34,260 bases of DNA from Sandaracinaceae bacterium. GTDB taxonomy: Bacteria > Myxococcota_A > Polyangia > Polyangiales > JADJQN01. Shown one piece after another: positions 17,043 to 26,619 of this stretch. Location: the NCBI GenBank assembly GCA_947483975.1, contig CANKOL010000010.1:1-34260 (forward strand), written 5' to 3'. Both the position numbers and the translations under genes were made by a program. The notes beneath the pieces were generated by a model. That model made no database searches. It was given only the letters and a program-made list of their open reading frames with translations, and was not told where the DNA came from. How positions within the stretch are numbered: the first letter of the stretch is position 1; each line of letters starts with the position of its first letter.

Positions 17043-18464
17043 TCAGCGCGGGTAGTGCAGCGTCGCGCCGAACACCGTGACGAGCACGAGGACGAGCGGC
17101 GCGAGCACGAGGAAGACGAGGAACGTGAAGCCCATCACGTCCCGCGCGCGCAGCTTGAAGAGGCCGAGCACGGGCAGCATCCAGAAGGGCTGCACGAGGT
17201 TCGCGAGCGCCTCGCCGAGGTCGTAGCAGGCGACCGTCCAGCCGAGGTGCACGCGCAGGGTGTGCGCCGCTTCCATGACGTACGGCGCCTCGATGACCCA
17301 CTTGGAGCCGCCGCTCGGCACGAAGACGCCGAGCAGCGCGGAGTACGCCGCGATCAGCGCGGGGAACGTGAGGCGCGTCGAGACGCCGACGAACCAGCCC
17401 GCGATGACCTCGTTGAGGTGCGTCTTCGACACGACGGCGGCGATGCCGGCGTAGAACGGGAACTGCAGCACGATGCCCCACGTCGCGGGCACCGCGTCGC
17501 GCACGGCGCGCATCAGGCGCGCGGGCGTGCCGTGCAGCGCGACGCCGGCGGTGAGGAACGCGAGGTTCACCGTGTCGAGGTTGATCGCGGCGAGCACCTG
17601 CGGCGCCTTGAGGAAGTAGCGGACGAGGTAGGTGCCCGCGAGCGCGACGAACGCGACGGACAAGAGCGGTGAGTGCTCGAGCCAGTCGCCGATCGTCTTG
17701 CGCGGCGGCGGCAGAGGCTCGCTGCCCTCCGACGCGCCGAGCGCGATGCCGAGCGCCTCGGCGTTCTTCGCGCGCGCGCCGCGGGGCGCGGCGAGCCACA
17801 CGACGAGCGTGACGACGGCGACTTCGACGACGACGCTCGCCAGGCTCTGCCAGAGAAAGATCGTCTCGGACAGCGGCACGAGCCCACCGGGGGCAACGCC
17901 GTGATGCGCGACGATCTCCCGGATCGCGGGCGTCATCGCCGTCGGGCTCGCCATCTGCAGCGCGGCGGAGCCACTCAACCCCTGCGCCCAGATGCTCCCG
18001 AGGCCGAGGAACGACGCGGCGGCGAGCGCGCGATAGTCCGCCGCGGGGACGCGCCGCGCGACCTCCTTCGCGAGCATCGCGCTGAACATCAGGGAAAAGC
18101 CCCAATTCAGCCAGGACGACAACATCGCGAAGAGCGCGACGAACGCGACCGCACCGGCGGCCGACGTCGGCACGCTGGCGAGCGAGCGAATCAGCCGATA
18201 GAGCGGCGGTGCGGTCGCGAGCACGTAGCCGGTGATGACGACCAGCGCCATCTGCAGCGTGAACGGGAGCAGCTCCCAGAAGCCCTTCCCCCAGAGTTCG
18301 ACGACCTCGAGCGGCGGAGTCGGCGTCGCGACCATGCCGGCGAACACGACGAGCACCGTGCCGATCAGCGCGAACACGAACGCGTCGGGAACGTAGCGCT
18401 CAGCGGCATCGGAGAGGCGAGCGGCGACGCGCTCGAGCGGCGTCTGCGCGTCGACGGTGGACAT
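17043..18464 (-). CDS. atoE: Short-chain fatty acid transporter (AtoE/TIGR00366 family)
   Basis: PDAFVFA, WGKGFWELLPFTLQM, NWGFSL, GLSGSAAL, QFPFYAGI, FVPSGGSKW, NLVQPFWMLP. Start at ATG 18464. Confidence 0.9.
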   Translation of the reverse strand: MSTVDAQTPLERVAARLSDAAERYVPDAFVFALIGTVLVVFAGMVATPTPPLEVVELWGKGFWELLPFTLQMALVVITGYVLATAPPLYRLIRSLASVPTSAAGAVAFVALFAMLSSWLNWGFSLMFSAMLAKEVARRVPAADYRALAAASFLGLGSIWAQGLSGSAALQMASPTAMTPAIREIVAHHGVAPGGLVPLSETIFLWQSLASVVVEVAVVTLVVWLAAPRGARAKNAEALGIALGASEGSEPLPPPRKTIGDWLEHSPLLSVAFVALAGTYLVRYFLKAPQVLAAINLDTVNLAFLTAGVALHGTPARLMRAVRDAVPATWGIVLQFPFYAGIAAVVSKTHLNEVIAGWFVGVSTRLTFPALIAAYSALLGVFVPSGGSKWVIEAPYVMEAAHTLRVHLGWTVACYDLGEALANLVQPFWMLPVLGLFKLRARDVMGFTFLVFLVLAPLVLVLVTVFGATLHYPR

Positions 18465-18545
18465 GGCCGGGGACGATATCACCGCGCGTTGCGCCGTCGT
18501 CGCAGCCCTTGCGCACGCGCAATCGCTCGCGCACTCTCGCGCCCG

Positions 18546-19832
18546 ATGTCGTCCATTCGTCTCTACGTCACCGGCACGCGCGCGACGCGCTCGAGGGATC
18601 TGATCGCGGACATTCTCGCGTGGGTGCGCGAGACCTACCCGGCGACGCTGTGCGCGACCATGCGCGCGGTGGACGACGACCGGCGCCCTTGCCTCGCCGT
18701 GTCGTTTCATCCGGGCGCCGAGGAGCTGCTGCTCACGGAGCGCGACGACGGCGGGCTGATCGCGCAGGCCGTGACCAGCACGGCGGGGCCTGGCTATCAC
18801 GCCTACGTCTGCGAGGTGCTGCACGCGCTCGGCGCGCGCTTCGAGGTCACGTGGGACGCGCGGAATCCCGACGGAACGCCGGGCGACGTGACGGGGTACT
18901 TCGCCACGCCGGACCGCGCCGCGCTCGAGGACACGATGGCGCGCTGGCTCGCGGTGCTCGCGCTGCGCGTTCGCGCGCTCGCGCAAGAGGGCCACAAGGA
19001 CATCGCGCTCTCGCTGCCGGTCGGGCGCGAGTACTCGCACGACGGACTCTTCGCGACGCCGCTCGGGCCGCGCGACGCGGCTTGGCTCGACGGGGCGTGC
19101 GCCGATGGGCGCGCGGGCTTCGACATCTTCCCCTGGGCGGAGCCGGGGGCGGGTGCAGGCTATTTGCTCGGTCGCGCGCTCGTTCGCATGTGGACCGACG
19201 TCCGCTGGCGCACGCCCGCGGCGGCCGAGGAGCGCGAGGCGCTCGAAGAGGTGACGGCGCTCCTCGAGGCGGCCTACACCGAGGACCCGTCGCGCGCGTA
19301 TCCGTGGCGCGAGTGGGCCGAGATGCTGGCGCTGCTCGGCGTCGAGTCGCTGCTCGCGACGCGGGCACAGCTGCGCGCCGAGACCGCGCCGCCCGCGCCC
19401 GCCATCGGCTACCGGCGGCGCGATATTCGCCTGACGATCTCGGGCGGCTGGTCGCTCGTCGTGCCCGGCGACTTCGCCGAGACGTGGGACGAGCAAGGCA
19501 CTTGGTGCGCCTGGGACGGCACTCGCACGCTCTGGTTCACGTCGTTCAGCATGAAGGACGCGAACGGCGCCGACCGCACGGCGACGGTCGAGGAGACGCT
19601 CGCGGGGCTGCCGAAGCTCGAGGGCGAGAAGTCGGCGTTCACCGCGGGCAAGGTGCGCGGCATCGCCGCCCTCGGACGCGGACACGACAGGGGCGTCGAG
19701 CTCCAGCAGCTGCGCGCGTACGCCGCGGTGCCCGCGAACGCGGCTGTGCTGACGCTCTGCTTCGAGCTCGAGACCGACCCGGCGTGGGCGTACGAGGTCT
19801 GGCGCTCGCTGCGCTACTCTGCCGAGTCGTGA
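18546..19832 (+). CDS. Hypothetical protein (428 aa)
   Basis: Coding-like composition from ATG 18546; GTGA overlap with the hisC start. Motif-like segments TSTAGPGYH, DVTGYF, PWREWAE, IGYRR. Confidence 0.75.
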   Translation: MSSIRLYVTGTRATRSRDLIADILAWVRETYPATLCATMRAVDDDRRPCLAVSFHPGAEELLLTERDDGGLIAQAVTSTAGPGYHAYVCEVLHALGARFEVTWDARNPDGTPGDVTGYFATPDRAALEDTMARWLAVLALRVRALAQEGHKDIALSLPVGREYSHDGLFATPLGPRDAAWLDGACADGRAGFDIFPWAEPGAGAGYLLGRALVRMWTDVRWRTPAAAEEREALEEVTALLEAAYTEDPSRAYPWREWAEMLALLGVESLLATRAQLRAETAPPAPAIGYRRRDIRLTISGGWSLVVPGDFAETWDEQGTWCAWDGTRTLWFTSFSMKDANGADRTATVEETLAGLPKLEGEKSAFTAGKVRGIAALGRGHDRGVELQQLRAYAAVPANAAVLTLCFELETDPAWAYEVWRSLRYSAES

Positions 19833-20944
19833 CCACGTCGCAGACGCCCGCCCTCGCCCATCCTTTGCTCGCTCTCGTGCGCCCTGAGCTCGCGCAACTG
19901 CGCGCGTACGCTGCGCCCGCTGGCACGCTGCCCATCAAGCTCGACGCGAACGAGAGCCCTTGGCCGCTCCCGCAGGCGCTGCGCGAGCGAGTCGCGGTGT
20001 CGCTCGCGGCGCTGCCGATGCACCGCTACCCCGACGCGCGCGCGATGAGCGTGCGCACGCCGCTCGCAGCGCGGCTCGGCGCGCACCCGGACGAGCTCGT
20101 GATCGGCTGCGGCTCCGACGAGCTCATCGCGCTCCTCTGCACCGCGCTCGCGCGACCGCGCGAGGGACGCGCGCGCGCCGTCATCCTCTATCCGACGCCG
20201 ACCTTCGTGATGTATCGGATCACGGCGCTGGCGCATGGGCTCGAGCCCGTCGAGGTGCCGCTCGGACCGGGCTTCGCGCTCGACGTGGCGGCGATGTGCG
20301 CCGCGATCGCGACGCATCGCCCGAGCGTCGTGTTCCTCGCGACGCCGAACAACCCGACGGGCAACACCTTCGCGGACGACGCCCTGCGCGCCGTCATCGC
20401 CGCTGCGCCGGAGTCGCTCGTCGTGCTCGACGAGGCCTACGCGGCGTTCGCGGGGCGCTCGCTCTCGTCGTGGTGTGACGCCTACGAGAACGTCGCGCTC
20501 CTCGGCACGCTCTCGAAGATCGGCGTCGCCGCGGCGCGCGTCGGCTGGGCGCGCCTCCCCCGCGCGCTCGCCGCCGAGGTCGAGAAGGCGCGGCAGCCAT
20601 TCAACCTGAACGCGCTCTCGCAGGCGGTGGGCGCGCTCGCTCTCGGCGAACTACGGGCCGAATTCGACGCGCACGTCGCCGCGATCGTCGCGGAGCGCGC
20701 GCGCCTCGAGGCGGCGTTCTCTGAGCTTCGCGGGATGTCGTTCACGCCGAGCCGCGCGAACTTCGTCCTCGTGCGCTTCGGTGAGCGCTCGGCGCGCGTC
20801 CTCGACGCGCTCGCCGCCGCTGGGATCGCAGTCCGCGCCTTCTCGGGCCACGGCGCCGCGATCGACGGTCTCGTGCGCATCACCGTCGGCACACCGAGCG
20901 AGAACGACGCGCTCCTCACCGTGCTCACGCGCGCGCTGCGCTGA
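19829..20944 (+). CDS. hisC: Histidinol-phosphate aminotransferase
   Basis: KLDANESP, RYPD, GCGSDELI, PTFVMY, PNNPTG, LDEAY, TLSK (PLP Lys), RITVGTPSEN. GTG start at 19829. Confidence 0.92.
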   Translation: MTTSQTPALAHPLLALVRPELAQLRAYAAPAGTLPIKLDANESPWPLPQALRERVAVSLAALPMHRYPDARAMSVRTPLAARLGAHPDELVIGCGSDELIALLCTALARPREGRARAVILYPTPTFVMYRITALAHGLEPVEVPLGPGFALDVAAMCAAIATHRPSVVFLATPNNPTGNTFADDALRAVIAAAPESLVVLDEAYAAFAGRSLSSWCDAYENVALLGTLSKIGVAAARVGWARLPRALAAEVEKARQPFNLNALSQAVGALALGELRAEFDAHVAAIVAERARLEAAFSELRGMSFTPSRANFVLVRFGERSARVLDALAAAGIAVRAFSGHGAAIDGLVRITVGTPSENDALLTVLTRALR

Positions 20945-20969
20945 GGCACGCCGGAGGCCCAGCGGTGCG

Positions 20970-22625
20970 CTACGAGGCGCCCGTCGGGTCACGGCGCGGG
21001 ACGCCGGCGTCCTCGCCGATCCCTGCGGGCGCCGCGGTCGAAGGCTCGGGAGGCGCTGACGGGAAGAGCGACTCCCGCGGCGGGAGCACGTCCCCGAACC
21101 AATCGAAGAACGCGAGCATGCAGCGCTTTCGCTCGGGCGAGAGATAGTCGAAGTTCTGCCCGCGGTCGGAGATTTCCCAGAATTCCCGAGACTGCACGGC
21201 GAGCAGCTCGTCGCGGATCGACGCGAGCCGCTCGGGCTTCTCGTGCAGCATGTCGCGGTGCACCTCGCGGGCCGACGCCTCGTCGCCCTTCAGCAGGTAA
21301 TAGGTAGCGAGCTTGAGCTGCGCCTTGCGCACGCCGCGCAGCGACGCCTCCTGCACCTCCGTCTCGCTCTCCTTGTCGACCTCGAGGAAGATGCGGAGGA
21401 TGTCGCGCCCCACCTTGCTGCTCTTGTCGAACGCGATCTCGTTGAGCGTGCAGAGGTCGTAGGCGACCGTCTCGAGGACGAAGGGCTGCTTCTGATCGAA
21501 CGAGAGGCGCCCGTAATACTTGAAGTAGCGCGCGACCTCGACGGCGCGCTTGCCATCCCCGTAGTCGAGCAGCTCCTCGCCGAAGAGGCGATATTGATTG
21601 AGCACGTTGTACGCGGTGCGGACATCGCGCGCGTTGATCGTCGCCCGCAGGAACGTGTTGAAGAACTTGATGACGAGGTCGACGAGCTCGTCGTTCTTCT
21701 GCGCCATCGCCATGTCGCCGATGCGGCGCGTGCTGATGGCGACGACGTAATTGATGTCGCGCATCTTGTTGAGCGCTTCGTTGTAGAGCGTCTGATACTG
21801 ACGCAGCACCTTCATCTCGACCCAGTAACGACGGGACGAGACGTCCGCGAGCACCTCGGGCGCCATCGAGACGAAGTCGGGATTCCGCGCGAGGTCGCCG
21901 TCGACTTGAAACCACGCCTCCGAGAGCGCGGGGCGGAGGGCCTGATACTCGTCGGTCAGCTGTCGGAGCGCCTCGACGCTCATCATCGAGACGCCCTTGT
22001 CCTTGCTCTCCATCGCGTTGAGCGCGACGTCCGCGAGCTGCTCGATGCCGCGCACGGCCTCGGCCTTGCCACGCGCGGCGTCGCGCGAGTCGCGCACGGC
22101 GTCGAGCGTGTGCTTGCGGATGTGGGCGAGGATCGTGTCGGGCTGCAGGAAGTGGAAGATGAACGCGAAGTACGGAATCAGGATCAACAGCGAGATGGTG
22201 AGCATCACCATCGAGAGCGCGACGCCCCAGTGCGGCACGAAGTCGACGCTCGGATCGAAGGTCAGCGTGACCCAGATGCCCTGCAGGTTGGTCACGACGA
22301 AGAAGCCGATGACGATGAAGTTCGTCGGCTCCGCGATGAACAACTCCGTGATGCGGTGCGTGTACCGCGTGCTCGCGAGCTCGACGACGATGGCAGCGAC
22401 CGTGATCGCGATGGCGAGGACGCCGGCGACGACCTGCCCCGCGCTCGTCAGCGTACCCGCCGCAGCAGCCCCGTTCGGCGCGAGAAAGAGATGCCAGAGC
22501 GCGGCTGCGTCGGGGCGCGCGTAGGTGTCCGCGAAGAACATCAGCACGAGCAGCGTGACGATGACGCTGAGCAGGATCGAGAACGGATAGAGCCAGATCC
22601 GAAGGGAGTGCGCGCGCGCGTTCAT
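20970..22625 (-). CDS. DUF2254-like membrane protein (about 4 TM plus helical cytoplasmic domain)
   Basis: AIVVELASTRYT, YFAFIFHFLQP and LADVALNAM match the DUF2254 pattern. Start placed at ATG 22625. Confidence 0.7.
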   Translation of the reverse strand: MNARAHSLRIWLYPFSILLSVIVTLLVLMFFADTYARPDAAALWHLFLAPNGAAAAGTLTSAGQVVAGVLAIAITVAAIVVELASTRYTHRITELFIAEPTNFIVIGFFVVTNLQGIWVTLTFDPSVDFVPHWGVALSMVMLTISLLILIPYFAFIFHFLQPDTILAHIRKHTLDAVRDSRDAARGKAEAVRGIEQLADVALNAMESKDKGVSMMSVEALRQLTDEYQALRPALSEAWFQVDGDLARNPDFVSMAPEVLADVSSRRYWVEMKVLRQYQTLYNEALNKMRDINYVVAISTRRIGDMAMAQKNDELVDLVIKFFNTFLRATINARDVRTAYNVLNQYRLFGEELLDYGDGKRAVEVARYFKYYGRLSFDQKQPFVLETVAYDLCTLNEIAFDKSSKVGRDILRIFLEVDKESETEVQEASLRGVRKAQLKLATYYLLKGDEASAREVHRDMLHEKPERLASIRDELLAVQSREFWEISDRGQNFDYLSPERKRCMLAFFDWFGDVLPPRESLFPSAPPEPSTAAPAGIGEDAGVPRRDPTGAS

Positions 22626-22714
22626 GACGGCCGGGAGCGTACCCCCTCCGCGCGTCGAGCGCGCCTGCGTCGCGCGAGGATCCAGCGGCGTTGTGTTAGG
22701 CTGCTCGCAGGGAG

Positions 22715-23272
22715 ATGTCACTCGTCAAGGGCAGCGCAGTGACCTCGCGCATTCGGTATGTGCGGGAGCGCTACGGCGAGGCAGCGTATCGGCGCCTCCG
22801 CGATGCGCTCAGCGCCGAGAACCGCGAGCTGCTCGATGGGCGCGTGATGCCGCACGCGTGGGTGCCGTTCGGGCTCTTCATCGAGGTCAACGTCGAGGCC
22901 GATCGCATGTTCGGCAAGGGCGACCTCGCGCTCTGCTTCGAGATGGCGAAGTACGGCGCGGAGGTGAACCTCCCGACGCTCTATCGCATCTTCTATCGCC
23001 TCAACACCCCGCAGTTCATCTTCAAGAAGGCGGCGAGGCTCTGGGAGGTGCACTACAGCTCGGGGCGCTTGGTGCCGGGCGACGAAGGCCCGACCTCCGT
23101 GGTCATCCGCATCGAGGGCTTCGAGTCACCGCACCCCGCTCACTGCCTCAGCGTGCTCGGCTGGGCCGTGCGCTCGGTGGAGCTATCAGGCGCGGCGGTC
23201 ACGAGCTACGCAGAAGAACGTTGTCGAACCCGTGGAGATGATGCGTGCGAGATGCGAGTTACCTGGCGCTGA
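22715..23272 (+). CDS. Myxobacterial TIGR02265/DUF2378-like (HNOB/V4R-fold) small-ligand-binding protein
   Basis: VKGSA...RERYG, W.P, LWEVHYSSG, C-terminal CRTRGDDACEMRVTW (V4R-type). GGAG SD. Confidence 0.7.
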   Translation: MSLVKGSAVTSRIRYVRERYGEAAYRRLRDALSAENRELLDGRVMPHAWVPFGLFIEVNVEADRMFGKGDLALCFEMAKYGAEVNLPTLYRIFYRLNTPQFIFKKAARLWEVHYSSGRLVPGDEGPTSVVIRIEGFESPHPAHCLSVLGWAVRSVELSGAAVTSYAEERCRTRGDDACEMRVTWR

Positions 23273-23967
23273 GCGCGGCGCTGACCGCTGCGCTCCTTGG
23301 AATCACGAGCGCTGGGAGCGCGCAGGCCGTGCCGCCCGCGTGGAGCCCACCCCCGTCGATCGCCCCGGTGTTCGGCAACGCGCCGCCCGCGAGCGCGCCG
23401 ATCGCAGCACCGCCGACGAGCCCCGAGCTGCGCCTCGACGACGCAGACGTCGCCCTCAGGGCCACGTTCGGCGTCGGCAACGCGCCCGAGTACACGCTCG
23501 ACTCAGCGCTGCTGTCGCGCGGGTACTCGACGAACGCGACGCTCGGCTTCGACGTCGCGCTCACCTTCCGCGCGGTGGGTTGGCTCTTCCTCGGCGCGCG
23601 CCTCGGCTCCCGCTGGCGAACGATCGACGCGCCCTCGGGCGGGACCGCGAGCGAGCAGGTGCAGGTCTCGGGCACCGAGGTGCTCGGCGTGGCGGAGCTG
23701 CGCATCCCCATCGGTGGAGTGGAGCTGACGCCGGATGTGGCGGTGGGCGTCGCCTACGCGGAGGTCGTGCAGACCGGCGGTTCCGTCACCCGCGCGGCGC
23801 CGCGCTTCTCGCTCGGGTTCAGCACCTCGCTCTGGCTGAGCGAGCCGCTGCGCCTCGTGGCGCGCATTGGCTGGGACGCGTATCCCGTGCTCGACGTGAA
23901 CCGCTTCGGGCACAACGTCGGCCTCGGCGGACCGCGCCTGGAGTTCGGACTCGAGTGGAGGCAATGA
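23245..23967 (+). CDS. Secreted protein, probable small outer-membrane beta-barrel
   Basis: Signal peptide ending AQA, Pro-rich linker, alternating amphipathic strands, C-terminal LEFGLEWRQ. Confidence 0.6.
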   Translation: MRDASYLALSAALTAALLGITSAGSAQAVPPAWSPPPSIAPVFGNAPPASAPIAAPPTSPELRLDDADVALRATFGVGNAPEYTLDSALLSRGYSTNATLGFDVALTFRAVGWLFLGARLGSRWRTIDAPSGGTASEQVQVSGTEVLGVAELRIPIGGVELTPDVAVGVAYAEVVQTGGSVTRAAPRFSLGFSTSLWLSEPLRLVARIGWDAYPVLDVNRFGHNVGLGGPRLEFGLEWRQ

Positions 23968-24608
23968 TGGGCTCACGCGCTTCGAAACGACTCGGCCTCA
24001 CGCTCGTCGCTGCCCTCCTCACGCTCCTCGCGTGCTCGCCGACACCGACCTCGTACGGCACGCTGCGCGTCTATGGGGAGCCGTTCGACGCGACTTGCCA
24101 CGACCTGCCGTGCGGCTGGACGCAGGTCACCGGCCCCGCGGGCGCCGCGCACACGACGTCGACGCTGCTGCCAGGACTGCGCGGCTTGGCGCTCGAGGGC
24201 GACGGCGTGCTCGTCGATGGCCCCGCCGCGCCGAGCACGGCGAGCAGCTTCGTCGGGGGCTCGCTCGACCTCGTGCTCGTCGCGCGCTGCGACGCTGGGG
24301 CGTCGCTCACCGTGCGCGTCGCGCTGACGAGCACCAGCCTCTCCGACGCGTCGTCGGACACGGGCGCTTCGTTGGTCGAGGCGCACGTGATTCCAGCCGC
24401 CGAGTGGGACGCGAGCGGCTTGGCGACGGACGGGCTTCGCCAAACGCTCACTGTCGTGGTCGGCCCGCGCGACAGCGTCGTCGAGGTGCACGTACAGAGC
24501 GTCACCGTCCGCAAAGACGGGCCTGGCGCGTGCGAGCTCGACGCGCTGAGCATCGAGCGCATGGCCATCGACTCCTTCGGCGATTACTACGCGGGCGGCT
24601 GCGTCTGA
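23964..24608 (+). CDS. Putative lipoprotein (beta-rich, Cys-containing)
   Basis: Basic N-terminus, hydrophobic stretch and lipobox LLAC. ATGA overlap with the upstream stop. Confidence 0.7.
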   Translation: MMGSRASKRLGLTLVAALLTLLACSPTPTSYGTLRVYGEPFDATCHDLPCGWTQVTGPAGAAHTTSTLLPGLRGLALEGDGVLVDGPAAPSTASSFVGGSLDLVLVARCDAGASLTVRVALTSTSLSDASSDTGASLVEAHVIPAAEWDASGLATDGLRQTLTVVVGPRDSVVEVHVQSVTVRKDGPGACELDALSIERMAIDSFGDYYAGGCV

Positions 24609-24636
24609 ACGGGACGGCTGCTAGCATCGCCCGGCT

Positions 24637-25581
24637 GTGGAAACCAAGCCGATCGAGACCCCGAGTGAGCCGATCGACGGAGCCCCAGCGTTAGCCGCCC
24701 TGCGCTGGGCCGCAGACCACGGCTGCGGCGTCGAGGGAGCACCGGCGCTCACCTCTCCGCTCCGCGCGAGCGCCGCGCAGCACCGCGCCGTGACGCTCGA
24801 GGACGCGCGCGCCGAGCTCGACCGCCTGCTCCTCGGAAAGCAGCCCGACGAGGGGCTCGAGGCGCTCCGCCTGACAGGCGCGCTCGATGTGTGGCTGCCG
24901 GAGGTCGCGTCGCTCGTCGGCTTCGGCGACGGCGAGTGGCGGCACAAGGACGTCTGGAAGCACACGAAGCAGGTCGTGCTGCAGAGCGTGCCGCGCCTCG
25001 CCGTGCGCTGGGGCTCGCTCCTTCACGACATCGGCAAGGTCAAGACGCGCAGCATCGAGCCGAGCGGCGAGGTGCACTTCTTCGGGCACAGCGAGGTCGG
25101 CGCGGCGATGTTTCGCAAGCGCGTCGGTCAGCGCCTCGGCTTCGAGGGCGAGACCTTCGACCGCATTCACTTCCTGATCCTGCACCACCTCCGCGCCAGC
25201 CAGTACGACGCCTCGTGGACCGACAGCGCGGTGCGCCGCTTCTCGAAGGAGATGGGCGAGGGGCTCGTCGATCTGCTCGACCTCTCGCGCGCGGACATCA
25301 CGACCAAGCGCCCCGAGAAGCGCAAGCGCGGGCTGCAGCAGATCAGCGAGCTCAGCGCGTGCATCCGTAAATTGCAGGAGGAAGACGCCAAGCGCCCACC
25401 GCTGCCGAAGGGCCTCGGCCTCGAGGTGATGGCCGCGTTCGGGCTGCCGCCGAGCAAGAAGATCGGCGACCTCTTCAAGGCGCTCGAGGCGTGCGTCGAG
25501 GCGGGCGAGCTCGAGGGCGGACACGACGCCGCGCACTACCTCGAGTTTCTGCGCGCGAACGCCGAGCGCTTCGGGCTCTGA
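24637..25581 (+). CDS. HD-domain protein homologous to the C-terminal half of CCA tRNA nucleotidyltransferase (no NTase head)
   Basis: AELDRLLLG...L..TG.L...LPE (body/RNA-binding region), HKDVWKHT, LLHDIGK, HFFGHSEVGA, HHLR, WTDSAVRR, LSRADITT. No GGxVRD or DxD motif. Confidence 0.8.
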   Translation: METKPIETPSEPIDGAPALAALRWAADHGCGVEGAPALTSPLRASAAQHRAVTLEDARAELDRLLLGKQPDEGLEALRLTGALDVWLPEVASLVGFGDGEWRHKDVWKHTKQVVLQSVPRLAVRWGSLLHDIGKVKTRSIEPSGEVHFFGHSEVGAAMFRKRVGQRLGFEGETFDRIHFLILHHLRASQYDASWTDSAVRRFSKEMGEGLVDLLDLSRADITTKRPEKRKRGLQQISELSACIRKLQEEDAKRPPLPKGLGLEVMAAFGLPPSKKIGDLFKALEACVEAGELEGGHDAAHYLEFLRANAERFGL

Positions 25582-25614
25582 GCGCCCAGCTCGCTCCGTC
25601 AGTCCGTCGGCGCT

Positions 25615-26484
25615 TCAGTCGACGGCGCCGACGATCGCGGGACCGACGGCGACGACCGTGCGGTCGCGCAGGACCGCGCCGACGAAGAACGGCATCGGGT
25701 CGCGATAGCTCGGTCCTCGACGCCACTCGAAGTGCAGATGGGCGCCGCGCGCCAGCCCCGTCGCGCCGACCTGCGCGATGATCTCTCCGCGCCGCACGCG
25801 CTGCCCGGCGACGACGAACGTCGCGCTGCAGTGCGCGTAGTGCGTCGTCGTGCCGTCTGCGTGCACGAGGATGACGAGGTTGCCGTATCCGTGAATGCCA
25901 TTGTCGCTGTAGGCGACCAGGCCGTCGTTGACGGCGTGAATGTCGGCGCCGACGGGCGCCGCGATGTCGATGCCCTCGTGCGGGATGCGGCTGAGCGGGC
26001 GCTGCCTCGTGCGCCCTACCCCGCGCCCGAAGTGCCCCTCTGCGACGGGCCAGAGCATCCCCGCGACGGGCGTGGACCCGACGGCGGCGACCCATTCGGC
26101 GCGCGGCGGCTCCTCGAGGAGCGTGCGCGCAGTGTGATCGTCGCCGAGCCCCAGGCTCGCCGCAAACTCGGCGTCCTTCCTCGACGGCTGAGGCACGCGG
26201 CGCGTGGCGTTGCAGCGCGCGGTACGGACACAGCCCCTGCGACTCGGCGGCATCCACGCCCCTGGCAGATGCACGGTCCGGAGCGCAGCGTCCGGCTCCG
26301 ACTTCGTGATCGCGACGACGCGCGGCGCTGGCGCAGGCGCGGGCGAGGGCAACACGTTGATCGTCGAGTGCGCGAACGCCAAGTGCGCAGAGCAGCCGAG
26401 CACGAGCAGCGCGACGACCACGCCGCGTAGCTCTCGCCGCGACTGCCGCGCTTTCTTCACGAGATCTTGGAGCTCGAGCTTCAT
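25615..26484 (-). CDS. M23 family metallopeptidase with N-terminal membrane/signal segment
   Basis: HEGIDIAAP (HxxxD), GYGNLVILVH, YAH, VGATG...HLHFE (HxH). Confidence 0.92.
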   Translation of the reverse strand: MKLELQDLVKKARQSRRELRGVVVALLVLGCSAHLAFAHSTINVLPSPAPAPAPRVVAITKSEPDAALRTVHLPGAWMPPSRRGCVRTARCNATRRVPQPSRKDAEFAASLGLGDDHTARTLLEEPPRAEWVAAVGSTPVAGMLWPVAEGHFGRGVGRTRQRPLSRIPHEGIDIAAPVGADIHAVNDGLVAYSDNGIHGYGNLVILVHADGTTTHYAHCSATFVVAGQRVRRGEIIAQVGATGLARGAHLHFEWRRGPSYRDPMPFFVGAVLRDRTVVAVGPAIVGAVD

Positions 26485-26619
26485 CGGAAGGTTAGAGAAG
26501 ACTCTCCCGCAGATCGCGGGTCAAGTAATCGTTGCTGCTCAAAGTAAAATAGGTGGGACACTCTGCGCACCCTCGGCACACGCCCCGCGATCGAGCGGAT
26601 CACCTTTGAAACAGGGCAG

